Positions 50,908 through 62,208 of a DNA stretch of 64,000 nucleotides are shown one piece after another. This stretch comes from a virus: the IMG/VR virus record IMGVR_UViG_3300006802_000087, positions 1 to 64,000 of that record. The stretch is one strand, 5' to 3'. A model generated the notes under the pieces. It was not told where the DNA came from and searched no databases. It saw only the letters and a program-made list of their open reading frames with translations. A program made the position numbers and the translations under genes. The number at the start of each line of letters is the position of its first letter. Position 1 is the first letter of the stretch.

Positions 50908-51230
50908 GAGAATACATACAAATGTTCAACGGAGAAAACATGGAAAAACACATTATCACAATCGAAATAACATCTAACATTGACCCAAGTACTTTGTTAT
51001 CATTAGCAATTACATGTGCTGAACAATTAGCACAAGAAATAGAAGATCATGGTAATGATGTAACTTTTGATGACAATGACGTAGTAGTAGAATCAGACAT
51101 TGTCGACGATTGACACTGGTTTGGTGTAGGTCTGGCATTCTGAGGAGTGAGCAGACTGAGGTTGGGCTACGGTATTTATTTATGTAACAACAGTAATTGC
51201 CTAGTATAATAGTACTATTAGGAGGCAATA

Positions 51231-51854
51231 ATGACAAGCTTATTTCATAATAAAGATTTTTATTATAATGATCTAACAAAATCAATTACAGATTCGATAT
51301 GGGATTTAATGGCCAAAGGTATTGATGAGTTTATGGAATACGAGCCATGGGAATATCCTATTTTGTTATCTGAAGACTATGACGAACGTTTAGTATGCTG
51401 GGAGTACAGGATAGCTCGTGCACCCGTGAATAAAGACTTTAATCGTGACTTCGACATCTGGGCCTCAGCAGGCTATAACGAATCAGGTGAACTAAGTATT
51501 GCAATAACTGTCATACTTCCAAAAGGAAAATGGATCAAGAAACACAATGTTAGCTATCCTGAATTGTTTGGTGTTATTGCTCATGAACTTCATCACTTAT
51601 CACAGAATGCATCAGGCATTGATACCAGTGCAGAAGATATCGAATGCGAAAGACTACAATACTTTCTAAGTCAGTCAGAGATAGAAGCATTTCATATCGG
51701 CTTTCGGGCACAATGTGCCTTGTCAGGTGAAGATATGGAAGTGGCAATTAGAAATTATCTGCAATTGCATAAGTTATCTTGTGCTCAAATAGATGAGATA
51801 TCTAGCGCGTGGATATCTCCATCGTTTACATTATCAGAAAGAAATATCATTTAG
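51231..51854 (+). CDS. HExxH zincin-like protein
   Basis: AHELHH...EIEAF. Confidence 0.6.
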   Translation: MTSLFHNKDFYYNDLTKSITDSIWDLMAKGIDEFMEYEPWEYPILLSEDYDERLVCWEYRIARAPVNKDFNRDFDIWASAGYNESGELSIAITVILPKGKWIKKHNVSYPELFGVIAHELHHLSQNASGIDTSAEDIECERLQYFLSQSEIEAFHIGFRAQCALSGEDMEVAIRNYLQLHKLSCAQIDEISSAWISPSFTLSERNII

Positions 51855-53224
51855 CACAAGACGTCTCGCGCCCTACGTCATCTCGCGCCCGGGAACTTTA
51901 TTAACGGAGAAAAAATGGAAACAACAATAGCACATATCGTAATCGAGCGACTAAATCACAGTTTGAAAAAGAAAATCATATTCCCTGACAATATAAAGGG
52001 AGACTTAATGAAGGAACATGCATGGGCAATGTTTTCCCAAACCGGCCCAAAGTTAATCGTCAATCATAAAGAGCTTTTTGAAAACGTGTGCAAAGAAGTC
52101 GATCATGCAATTGCTGAAGGTGTCGTTGTTTGGGATGGTTCCGGAAAGATAACAATCTTGAACGGGAGTTTATAATGACAAATGTTCTACCAATAATCAA
52201 GTTCACCACAAAGGTGGCTCAAAAGAATGTGGCAGTAAATGTGTATCATATCTCTTATATTAGCGGTCCGCACAAATCCAGTAAATACCCGAATCATAAA
52301 TCTTATTATGAACTAGTTATGTCTAATGGAAACTTATTCCGGATTGGCGAAGAAGATGCCGTTCGAATCGAAGCAGCTATTACAAAAGTGCAACAGCCCA
52401 TATAGTATTGTATAATATAAAGGCGAGGAGGAAATGAAATATGAAAATAATAACGGCAAACAAAAATCATAAAATAGGAAGTATTATCCGATATGGAGGT
52501 CGTGTTTTTCAGATACTAACGATAAACAATCGGATTATGATTGCTCATTCGTATGATGAACATCATGGGATTGATGATACAATCTTTGTAACACAATCAA
52601 CAGGAAAAGTCTTTGCAACCAAATCCGTAAGACGAAAAGTGTAACCGTACTTTACATACTGTATAATATAAAAGAACCAACTAACCAAGGAAATACAATG
52701 AAATACATTGAATATAAAACAGAAAGCTTAAAGCTCAATAATGAATCATCACCCGGTGGCCTTAATGTTGAATTGAGAGTTACTGATGAAGGTCAGGTCA
52801 TTATTCAAATCGGTCATACGTGCACACTTAGACTTGATAACGATGATGCAGATCAATTAGCCATGGCAATCAAAACAGCCCAATCAATTGCTGAGCAATT
52901 GTCGAATGGTACGAACCCAAAAGAACTGATCAATACAAGTGTATCGATTCGATACAATTGCATCGATGGATCGATACAAACACTCAATAAAATGTAACCA
53001 GTACAACCATTATATATAATATAACCACAACAACAACCAATGGAGGATCTAATGGATCACTACAAATTCTTTCTTCAATCACTTAGTTGGGATGAATTCC
53101 AAACATATAAATCAAATGTAAATGAAGACAACCTTACACCTGAGCAACAACAAACTCTAAAAGAAGAGTCAGCACGTCGGTCAGAATCATTCAATAAATA
53201 CATGTCATTCTAAGGAGATAACAT

Positions 53225-53479
53225 ATGAATCTTTATGTAATCAGGCAAAGCGTTAATAACGATTGGGACACTTATGATAGTGCAGTCGTTATTGCAAAAT
53301 CAGAAGAAGAAGCAAGAACAGTTCATCCAGACGGTAATCGATGGATCGATGGCAAATGGGAAGGTTATTCCAGTGCTAGCACTTGGTGCAATCCGGAAGT
53401 TGTCGAAGTCGAGCTTATCGGGACGACAACTTCCGGTGCTAGCGGAACTGTAATAATATCATCATTCAATGCAGGATAG
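53225..53479 (+). CDS. Conserved small phage protein
   Basis: YDSAVVIAKSEEEAR...SFNAG. Confidence 0.65.
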   Translation: MNLYVIRQSVNNDWDTYDSAVVIAKSEEEARTVHPDGNRWIDGKWEGYSSASTWCNPEVVEVELIGTTTSGASGTVIISSFNAG

Positions 53480-54263
53480 GAGGACAAATAATCATGAAAC
53501 TCTCTAAAGAACTCCAACATTGGGTCGACATTGACGATGCTTGTGACATTGAGTCGATCAGGGGAAGATCGGTAATCGTATCATATCACGATACATCAAA
53601 CCCAGAACTGGAACTGCCGTTTATAATCGATCGAATTAAATCCCTTTATGCTGCAGGTGGAGCTGTTGAGGCAATCCACATTATTCCTGAAACCGGTTTA
53701 AAACTTAATCGATCTAGTACAAACCATGACGACTGTCAAGGTATACCAGACGATAAGCTGGTCATAAAATGTAACACAACAAACAACACATTATAATATA
53801 ACTACACAACAACCAAGAGGTAAAACATGTACAAACTAGAACAAATAATTGAAAACGCAGTTCAACAATATATTGAGGAAAGCGACGTCGTTGAAATCGG
53901 TGCAACCGGTCTAGAAGAACTCGGCCTTGACTTTCGATGTGGCCGCATTCTTATATCAGTCGATGAAGGCTTTGTTGCAGCCTGTAGTCCTAGATCGATT
54001 GAGTACTACGGTGGGTGGGAATATATCGACTCAGAATACAAGCTCGATGCTGGTGACTACCGTTTTTACGACAAAGAGGCCAGTCGAGTCGAGTCAGTCA
54101 TTCAGTATTATCTCGAGCTCTTGGAAGAAGGGTATCAATACGAAGACGGAAAGGGCTTCGTTAACTCTGATGGACTAACTCCACGAGAAGTTTTAGCTGC
54201 CAAAAGTGCAACAGCTGAAGAAAAATAATATACTAAAACCACATAACAACCAATGGAGGTATT

Positions 54264-54767
54264 ATGGGCGGCAAAGCTCTTAATGGAAAACAAATCACAA
54301 ACGAAGAAGCACACCAACTTTTTGAACGACTAGTCTTAGATAACAACTTAGGATGCAAAGTTGAAAAGATCCTGCTTTGTGGATCAGCTCGTCGTGGAAA
54401 GGGCAAGTGCGGAGATCTAGACATTGTGTTTATCGATGGAGGCGAAGAAGAAAATCTCTTGAAGAAGTGGCTAGTCGACAACTATGGTGTCAAAAAGAAC
54501 GGAAAGCCACAGACAACAATCCTATATGAAGGTGTCCAAGTAGAGTTCTATGAGGCAACACAGGAGTCATGGGGATCCAATGTTTTAATGTGGACAGGAT
54601 CAGCATTCAATAATGTCCGCCTCAGAAGAAAGGCAAAGAAACGAGGCCTCAAGTTAAGTCAACATGGACTGTTCAATGAGCAAGGTGACAATGTGGCTGC
54701 TGGGATGACAGAGAATGACATCTATGAATACTTAGGCTATGAATATGTTGAACCACAAAAACGATAA
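54264..54767 (+). CDS. Minimal DNA polymerase X-family nucleotidyltransferase
   Basis: GSARRG..CGDLDIV, WTGS..NVRLRRKAKKRGLKLSQHGLF, EPQKR. Confidence 0.88.
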   Translation: MGGKALNGKQITNEEAHQLFERLVLDNNLGCKVEKILLCGSARRGKGKCGDLDIVFIDGGEEENLLKKWLVDNYGVKKNGKPQTTILYEGVQVEFYEATQESWGSNVLMWTGSAFNNVRLRRKAKKRGLKLSQHGLFNEQGDNVAAGMTENDIYEYLGYEYVEPQKR

Positions 54768-54774
54768 TAAATAA

Positions 54775-54869
54775 ACTCCGTGGTTGGTAGTTGATCCCAG
54801 TATTCGATCGATGAGATTATCGGCTGGGATTGGTGTCATAGGTGGTACCTATGGCGGACAGGGTGGGTA
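54775..54869 (+). ncRNA. Structured intergenic element, copy 1
   Basis: ACTCCGTGGTTGG, two hairpins, GGACAGGGTGGGTA. Confidence 0.6.
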
Positions 54870-55280
54870 TATATCAATCACAAGCAATCAAAGGAAATAA
54901 AATGGAATTAATACACTCAATCATTGTATTGTCAATGTTTATGACAGCAGTTCTTGGCCCTATCTTTTTTGCGCTAAGAGACTTTAAAGAGGCAGACACG
55001 GAAACCAAGAAGACAAGAACACACTTCATGAAGGGATAAGTATGAAAACATCATTAACACAATTGCAAATAAGCTTGGATGGCATCAACTGGACTGTAGC
55101 TGGAGAAGCGAAGTCTAATGTAAGTCGAGAAATGCTCGAGCTTAAAAGGTTGGAATGGGATCTAAGGAACAAACATCGAAAGACACCGGGTTTTAAGTTG
55201 CAATATGCCGAAGTAAAACAAACAAAAATGTAACTCTATTGCACACCATGTATAATATAACCACAACCAATGGAGGCAAA

Positions 55281-55472
55281 ATGGAAACACAACAAAAGAC
55301 AAAGGTTTCAATCGCATTGATCTTGGACTTATTGGCGATCACATTAATAATACTTCGACTTACTGGAGTTATTCAGATTGATTGGGTTTGGGTTCTATCA
55401 CCATGGTGGATACCTTTAACTTTGGCAGCAGGAATAACAGTAGCATCAATTGCAGACGAATGGATAAAATAA
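55281..55472 (+). CDS. Small 2-TM membrane protein
   Basis: LRLTGVIQIDWVWVLSPWWIP. Confidence 0.7.
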   Translation: METQQKTKVSIALILDLLAITLIILRLTGVIQIDWVWVLSPWWIPLTLAAGITVASIADEWIK

Positions 55473-55821
55473 TGAAACTGAAAATCAATTCAAAACATAT
55501 TGAGTGGGTAGACCATGTATTCGCTTCTAGCTCAAGTCATAACATCTCAGCGTGTTATGCAGATGTAGGGAAAGCAAGGATCAAGAAGAAACTGATAGAG
55601 GCTGTCAGTGCAGGGGATCTACCGCGAGAAGTTGAAGTCACCGGTGAGGTAAATCTTTCTTTTAAGATTGCCAGCTATCAAAATGATGGCTTCTGGTTTC
55701 GATCAACTTCTACACACAAAGACAAGATCTGGAAACTTTGGATCGAAGCTGAAGAGGCAATATGCGGACCAAAGCCATCACTACCTGAAATCATAAAACA
55801 AAAACACAAAAAGGGAAAGAA

Positions 55822-56781
55822 ATGAACTCAGAAATGATTCTCCTTGCAGGGAATGCCGTCCCTGTCTTGGCCGATTCAATCGCTAAACAATTAGGTCTTA
55901 GACTCTCTGAGGCAAATGTATCTCGTTTTTCTGACGGAGAGATATCTGTCGAAATCGATTCAAATGTGAGAGGAAGGGACGTCTTTATTGTTCAGTCAAC
56001 ATCTCAGCCAGCCAATGATCACTTGATGGAGTTGCTCATTATGGTCGATGCGTGTAAAAGAGCCAGCGCTGGTCGAATCACAGCTGTGATACCATATTAT
56101 GGCTATTCCCGACAAGATCGCAAAGTCAGGTCTCGTGCTCCAATCACGGCAAAACTAATAGCAGATATGATAACTGTAGCCGGTGTATCTCGCGTTCTCA
56201 CAATGGACTTGCACGCTGGGCAGATCCAGGGCTTTTTTAATATGCCTGTCGATAATCTGTTTGCTTCAGGCATCTTGTCTGAAAGAATGCAACAAATCTT
56301 AAACGCCGACTGTGTTGATAACACTGACTGTGTTGTCGTTTCTCCTGACGCAGGTGGTGCTGAGCGCGCGAGATACTTTGCAAAAAGGCTCGGAGCAGAC
56401 ATGGCAATCGTTGATAAACGAAGAAGTGAACCTAATCAATCAGAAGTCATGAACATTGTGGGTGATGTGAATGGAAAGACAGCAATTATTGTTGATGACT
56501 TGGCTGACACAGCGGGAACTCTCTGCAAGGCAGCTACAGCTCTCAAAGAACAGGGAGCAATAGAAGTTTATGCTTGTTGCACACATCCCGTTTTATCCGG
56601 TCCCGCATTCGAAAGAATAGCGCAGTCAGATATCAAAAAAATCTTAGTAACAGACACAATCGATCGATTAAAAAGTCAGAATAAATCAGATAAAATTGAA
56701 ACAGTATCAACAGCTTCTTTATTCGCAGACGCGATTGAAGCCATTCACAAGAACTCGTCTATCTCTCGCTTATTCGGATGA
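55822..56781 (+). CDS. prs: Ribose-phosphate pyrophosphokinase
   Basis: FSDGE, PYYGYSRQDR, DLHAGQIQGFF, VSPDAGG, IVDDLADTAGT. Confidence 0.97.
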   Translation: MNSEMILLAGNAVPVLADSIAKQLGLRLSEANVSRFSDGEISVEIDSNVRGRDVFIVQSTSQPANDHLMELLIMVDACKRASAGRITAVIPYYGYSRQDRKVRSRAPITAKLIADMITVAGVSRVLTMDLHAGQIQGFFNMPVDNLFASGILSERMQQILNADCVDNTDCVVVSPDAGGAERARYFAKRLGADMAIVDKRRSEPNQSEVMNIVGDVNGKTAIIVDDLADTAGTLCKAATALKEQGAIEVYACCTHPVLSGPAFERIAQSDIKKILVTDTIDRLKSQNKSDKIETVSTASLFADAIEAIHKNSSISRLFG

Positions 56782-57167
56782 TAGACAAACAAAAGGGGAG
56801 ACAATGAAAACAATCTTAACAGTAAAAGAAGCAGTATATGGATTCGAATCTTATTATGTTGTAAAATACACAGACGGTTCTTCGAAGATAATACATTATC
56901 TTACCAAAGAGCTTGAAAAACATCTCGAGGAGTAAATAAATGTTGTCAATAAAAACTTTAAAATATGTTAAGGAAATAATCAATCTTCACGACGACGTTG
57001 GAGTTTGGGCAATAACATCTAAAATGGTCTTTGACTATATTAAGAATAAAGATAAAAGTATAACAGAAGAAGAAGTAAAACAATGTTTTGATGTATTATC
57101 AAAAAATAATAAAATTGTGTTTGATGAGACTCGATCTTTTGTTCGACCTGTTAACTTAAAAGAATAA

Positions 57168-57280
57168 ACTCCGTGGTTGGTGTTTAAGTCTGCACAGCAA
57201 TGATAAGGCTGACTCTGAAACATGAGACATAAGAAGGGCAGACGGAGAGAGAGCTGGTTACTCTCGGGACAGGGTGGGTA
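57168..57280 (+). ncRNA. Structured intergenic element, copy 2
   Basis: ACTCCGTGGTTGG, GTCTGC/GCAGAC stem, GAGAG/CTCTC hairpin, GGACAGGGTGGGTA. Confidence 0.6.
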
Positions 57281-57612
57281 TATAACACCAACACACAAAA
57301 ATGTAACAGTACAAAACCAATAATATAATATAACCATAACCAATCAAGGAGATAACTTATGAAAACACCATCAACAACCAAAACCCTAATCTTTGGGATT
57401 GCAATCGGTATCTACACTGACTGGGGATTATTGCTAACAGACCTTATCAAAGGTTTTACTTTTACAACTGACTTAGTTGCTGAACAGTTTAATCTAGACA
57501 AAGAAAAACAGACAGTTCCAGAATATAAAGAAGAAAGTACATCACAAAATGTAACAGTACAAAACCAATAGTATAATATAACCACAACCAATCAACCAAA
57601 CATGGAGGCAAT

Positions 57613-57921
57613 ATGCCAAAACAAAACACACTCCCTAAATACTCAAATGATCCGAACTTTGTGGGATACCCATTCTTTTATGTTGTCGAAGACTATAAAT
57701 GTGAATGTCATGAATGTGCTACTGAATCCCGCGATGAAGGTAAGACAGTGACACCACATGTCAACTATGATGACCCACAACTCTATTGTTTCACATGCTC
57801 AGAACAAATTGAAGCTTCAAATGGTGCTCATGAAACTGATGAAGATGAAGACGACGGGAATGATGATGACTTCGTTCTTGAAGGTCGACGACTTCTCCGC
57901 GACCGATGCTTTTACATCTAA
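57613..57921 (+). CDS. Acidic Zn-finger-like protein
   Basis: CECHEC...CFTC; D/E-rich. Confidence 0.6.
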   Translation: MPKQNTLPKYSNDPNFVGYPFFYVVEDYKCECHECATESRDEGKTVTPHVNYDDPQLYCFTCSEQIEASNGAHETDEDEDDGNDDDFVLEGRRLLRDRCFYI

Positions 57922-59204
57922 AATGTAACACTGACACACATAGTGTATAATATAAAAGAACCAATCAACCAAGGAAATAATATGACAAAAAAACTTAAAA
58001 CACCTGATGTATACTATCGAGTTCGATTAGCATGCCCAGGTCGAAACCTGGCAATAGAATATATCGATGGTACTGATGAAGCTGCCGGCAGGTATTATGA
58101 GACATGGCGACTTATCGACTTGGATACAGGTGAAGTATTCGCAAAGGATGTCGTTCCACACGAAGTATTGTCCGTTGCATCTGAAATGACTAGTCAAAGC
58201 TCATATGAGAATATCACAGGAGAGTTTGAATATATTCGCGAAGCCAGACAATACCGTTTATTCAAAGATCTACCTCTCAAAGAGCGAATGAAGTATATCC
58301 TGTCACATGCTCAAGACTTAGAGAAAGACTTCAACAATGACGGTATTGATGCTGATCCGATCGAAGTAGCAACACAAGAAATGAACGATATGTATAATGA
58401 AACCCCGTGCTTCTATCATGACTCTGAAAAGAATGAATGGGTCTTAGATACAGACATGTACTAGAGGTGATGAATGAATACAAAAAACTATACATTGCGA
58501 TGGCTCTTTCATGGTAAAGAACCACAGTCCCATGAAATGGCGAATGCCACACTCCAGTCAGTACAAACTTATATCAACATCCTCAAAGGCTGGGGTTGCA
58601 TGCACTTCAAGTTAGTTGATGACACCGGGCATGAATATGAGATCTCGAGAATGGGCACAATAAAGGCATTACAAAATGTGTAACACTGACACACATAGTG
58701 TATAATATAAAAGAACCAACCAAGGAGACACAATGCCAAACATTCAAGAAACACCTAGGACATTCAAGGATGTCAAAGTAGGCGAAAACTTTTTGATGAG
58801 TGACGGTAAGTATACAAAACAGAGCTCGAGAACAGCAACAAGCTGGCGATCGGGTGGAACGATATATATCACTTCAAGTCAAAAGATTCGACAAGTAAAA
58901 CATTCATGGGGATGGGGAGTTTAATATGAAAATAACAGTAGACAAAACATACAAAGTTGGTGACACAGTACGGTATGAGACTTTCACTGGAGAATTGAGG
59001 ACTGTCAAAGTTACTGAAAAGGATGATGAGATCAAGAACAGCCGAGCAGGTTTTAGTGGCACTGATGTGCACACCCTTCAATCGGTCTGGGGACTAAACG
59101 ATCAAATACTCAGAGTATATTGTCAAGAACAAAAACGCTGGAAAATGTAACATTGTCACACACTGTGTATACTATATCCATAACCAACCAACCAAGGAAA
59201 CACA

Positions 59205-59938
59205 ATGAGATACTTCTCACTTGATTACCGTTCACCTCCATCTGGAATGGGTCAAATTATCGACAGTACACAATACAAGAGGGTCGGAGACAAATGGAAC
59301 ATGATCTTGGTAGACTATGGAGATAATCCGCATGAAGATCCAACCTATACTCAGACCAAGTACTTTCACTCTGAGCAAGCAGCACAAGAAGGGTGGCCAG
59401 GCCCAATCATACCAGAGATCATCCAGTATCTCCGTGATCAAGGGGTCACTCATGTACATGACGCGGAGCTCTCATATGACTTTTTTGCAACAGGTGAGTT
59501 CGGTTACTTCCCGATCGACCAATGGGCCGAGATCATGATGAACATGTTCAAATAAACAAGCAAAATCGCTTAATCACAGGAGTCTACATGTCAAATCTAG
59601 ATAAACTTACTTACTTCTCAATCGATTATCGATCACCACCCAGCGGATTAGGTCAGATTGTTTTCCCGGGTGGGAGTGATAAACCTGCTGATCTCGTTCT
59701 TGTCACTTATAAAGGCAATGGTGATGTTGCAAATCCGTTTTACAAAGCCACCCAGCACTTTCCTGAAGATCTGTTCGAAGAGGGCGGCAGAGAGTGGCTA
59801 GCTGAAAAGCTTCTTGGCTATGGTGTCACTCATGTTTATGATCCAGAACTGGGAGACCAGTGGGGAATGTCTCAGCATCTTGGCGAGCATTACTATCCCA
59901 TTGCGATCTGGTTTAACCGAACCTTTGGTGCATTATAA
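59205..59938 (+). CDS. Tandem paralog pair (59205..59555, 59588..59938)
   Basis: YFS(L/I)DYRSPPSG(M/L)GQI, GVTHV.D.EL, Y(F/Y)PI in both. Confidence 0.8.
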
Positions 59939-60382
59939 AATGTAACACCACAAAACCGGTAGTATAATATAACCATAACCCACGGAGGCACCATGAAAAC
60001 TTACATATTCCCCACACTCAATACTCAGGCAATCACAAGAAATGTTAATGAGATCCTCTCTGATGCTGAGTCATCTGTTCGAACTCGAACTTTTGGCGAC
60101 TTACTCGTGGCGGCACAGATTGCCAAGAAAGAAGCAGACAAGTGGTTGTCACCCGAGTCATTGATCGCTAATGAGGGACTTGCTTCTCACTTCATATCTA
60201 GAGATTGGGCAAATCTGCAACAGATCTCAGATGTTTTACACCACTTCTTGCTGACAGGTGAAGTTTCTATCAAGGCAATGGATCAAGAAGACATTGATAA
60301 AGAACTGAAACGCTTACACTAAAATGTAACACCACAAAACTAACAGTATAATATAAAAGAACCAACAACCACCGGAGGCAAT

Positions 60383-60943
60383 ATGCCAGAGCTTCACACA
60401 ATCAAAACATTCACATTCTCAGAACTTCCAGAAGACATTCGACAAGAAGTCATTGAAGCCTACGAGGTGCCTGATAACTGGGACGAATGGGTTATCGATG
60501 CAATCAACGAAGAAGCTGCTGAGCTCGGTATCGAAAACTTCGACTTCCAATACTCAGGCTTTTGGTCTCAAGGCGACGGAGCTTCTTTCACCGGCACATT
60601 ATCAACAGAACTCCTGACTTCGCTTTTGAAAGAGGAAGTCAATGAAGAACTCAGTTTCAATATAACTACATGCACGGCTCAAATCGACCGCAAGTCATAC
60701 CCACATTATGTACATGAAAACATGGTCTATGCTAGTTTCGACAGTGGAGATGAGCCTGTCACAGACGAAGACCGTGATGCTATTCTCACAGCATTGGAAG
60801 CATGGAAGAATGCATTATGCTCCAAATGGTATCGGCAACTTCGAGAATCATATGACGCAGAATATGAAGAAGAGAGAATCGCTGAAGAGTTTGAAGGCAC
60901 TCGTTTTCTGAGAAATGGTAAGGTATTCGACTTTAACTTTTAG
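60383..60943 (+). CDS. Conserved acidic phage protein (SGFWSQGDGASF family)
   Basis: FTFSEL, YSGFWSQGDGASF. Confidence 0.75.
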   Translation: MPELHTIKTFTFSELPEDIRQEVIEAYEVPDNWDEWVIDAINEEAAELGIENFDFQYSGFWSQGDGASFTGTLSTELLTSLLKEEVNEELSFNITTCTAQIDRKSYPHYVHENMVYASFDSGDEPVTDEDRDAILTALEAWKNALCSKWYRQLRESYDAEYEEERIAEEFEGTRFLRNGKVFDFNF

Positions 60944-60947
60944 TTAG

Positions 60948-61042
60948 ACTCCGTGGTTGGAGTGGTGGCAGTATTCGCTCATTGATCAGCGGCTGCAACC
61001 ACGGTGACACAGGTGGTAACTGTGGCAGGAAAGAGGTGGGTA
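60948..61042 (+). ncRNA. Structured intergenic element, copy 3
   Basis: ACTCCGTGGTTGG, GTGGTGGCAGT/GCTGCAACCAC stem, CACAG/CTGTG hairpin, GGAAAGAGGTGGGTA. Confidence 0.6.
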
Positions 61043-61959
61043 ACCAACCAAGGCTAACAAAAAATGTAACACCACACAACTGGTGGTATAATATAAAAGT
61101 AACCAACCAACAAGGAGTTCAACATGAAAGTTAAGTTTCATATCAGAGTTTACACAAACCCAGGTGGTCCCCGTGCGCATTGGAAAGATCAGGAGTTTGA
61201 AGATGTGGATCACATCGGAACAGTGGTCGGAAAACGAAGAGTTCGAGAAGACTATTGGACTCGGTTCGACTATGAAGTTGAGTATCAAACTGAGGACGGT
61301 AAAACTTTATACCGATGGGTACCCGACTACAATGTTGTAAAGATCGACGAAGCAAATGTGTAACCACACAAAACAGTTAGTATAATATAACCACAACCAA
61401 CCAAACAGGAGTTCATATGAACATATACAGCAACATTCTCAACCGTTACTTCGATTACAAAGGCCAAGCTTGGCAAGTTATCGGACATTGTGAAGACAGA
61501 TACGGGCAGACTTTTCGAAAGGTGATCAACATGAAAACAGCAGAGGAAATATACCTAGGCTACGAAGAGTTTTGGAAGGTGACACCCCGAGGCTACTCAC
61601 ACAACGGAAATGTAACAGCATAAAACCAATAGTATAATATAACCACAAAAACTAACCAAGGAAATAATATGATTATCACACTATTAGCACACCATATCGA
61701 ATGGGACACCGACGGAAACAATGATGTTGCGCGATCACTGCCGTCTAAGGTAGCAGTTGAAGTCGACTTAGTCGAAGATTCCGAAGCAGGATCGATTAAT
61801 GACCAGATCTGCAACCAGTTATCAGACTTAGTCGGCTTCTGTGTTTTGGACTACAAACTGGAAGGATACTCAGCTGAGGCTGATTATGCTCTTCAAATGA
61901 CCGGCACAAAATCGGAAGCATAATAAAACCATAACCAATCAACCAATACAGGAGGCAAT

Positions 61960-62208
61960 ATGCCAAAATACCAAGGACACAAAAACTGGAACCACTGGAA
62001 CATCGAACTCTGGATCAGCAATGAATATGATGTTTACAAACGAGTTCAATACCTTCTCGGCCGCAAACATATCTCAAAGAACGAGATCGCATCAGTCTTG
62101 TTAGGAGAGCTCCGCAATCGCTGGGGTGAGACAACACCAGACGGAGCACCTCTCACATACACAGGGATCCGAGCACACTTGACCGGTGTCGACCGCGACG
62201 ACTACTAA
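61960..62208 (+). CDS. Conserved small phage protein
   Basis: YQGHKNWNHWNIELWISNE...TPDGA. Confidence 0.65.
   Translation: MPKYQGHKNWNHWNIELWISNEYDVYKRVQYLLGRKHISKNEIASVLLGELRNRWGETTPDGAPLTYTGIRAHLTGVDRDDY

Noticed and set aside
54842-57381. ORF extensions and antisense ORFs across the structured elements (54842 start, 57035..57343, 57184..57381)
   Set aside because: No RBS; the + ORF more plausibly starts at the ATG near 54902, and the element conserves structure rather than codons.
54775-61042. Hammerhead or HDV-like ribozyme identity for the repeated element
   Set aside because: No conserved CUGANGA/GAAA core across copies and no nested double pseudoknot evident by eye.
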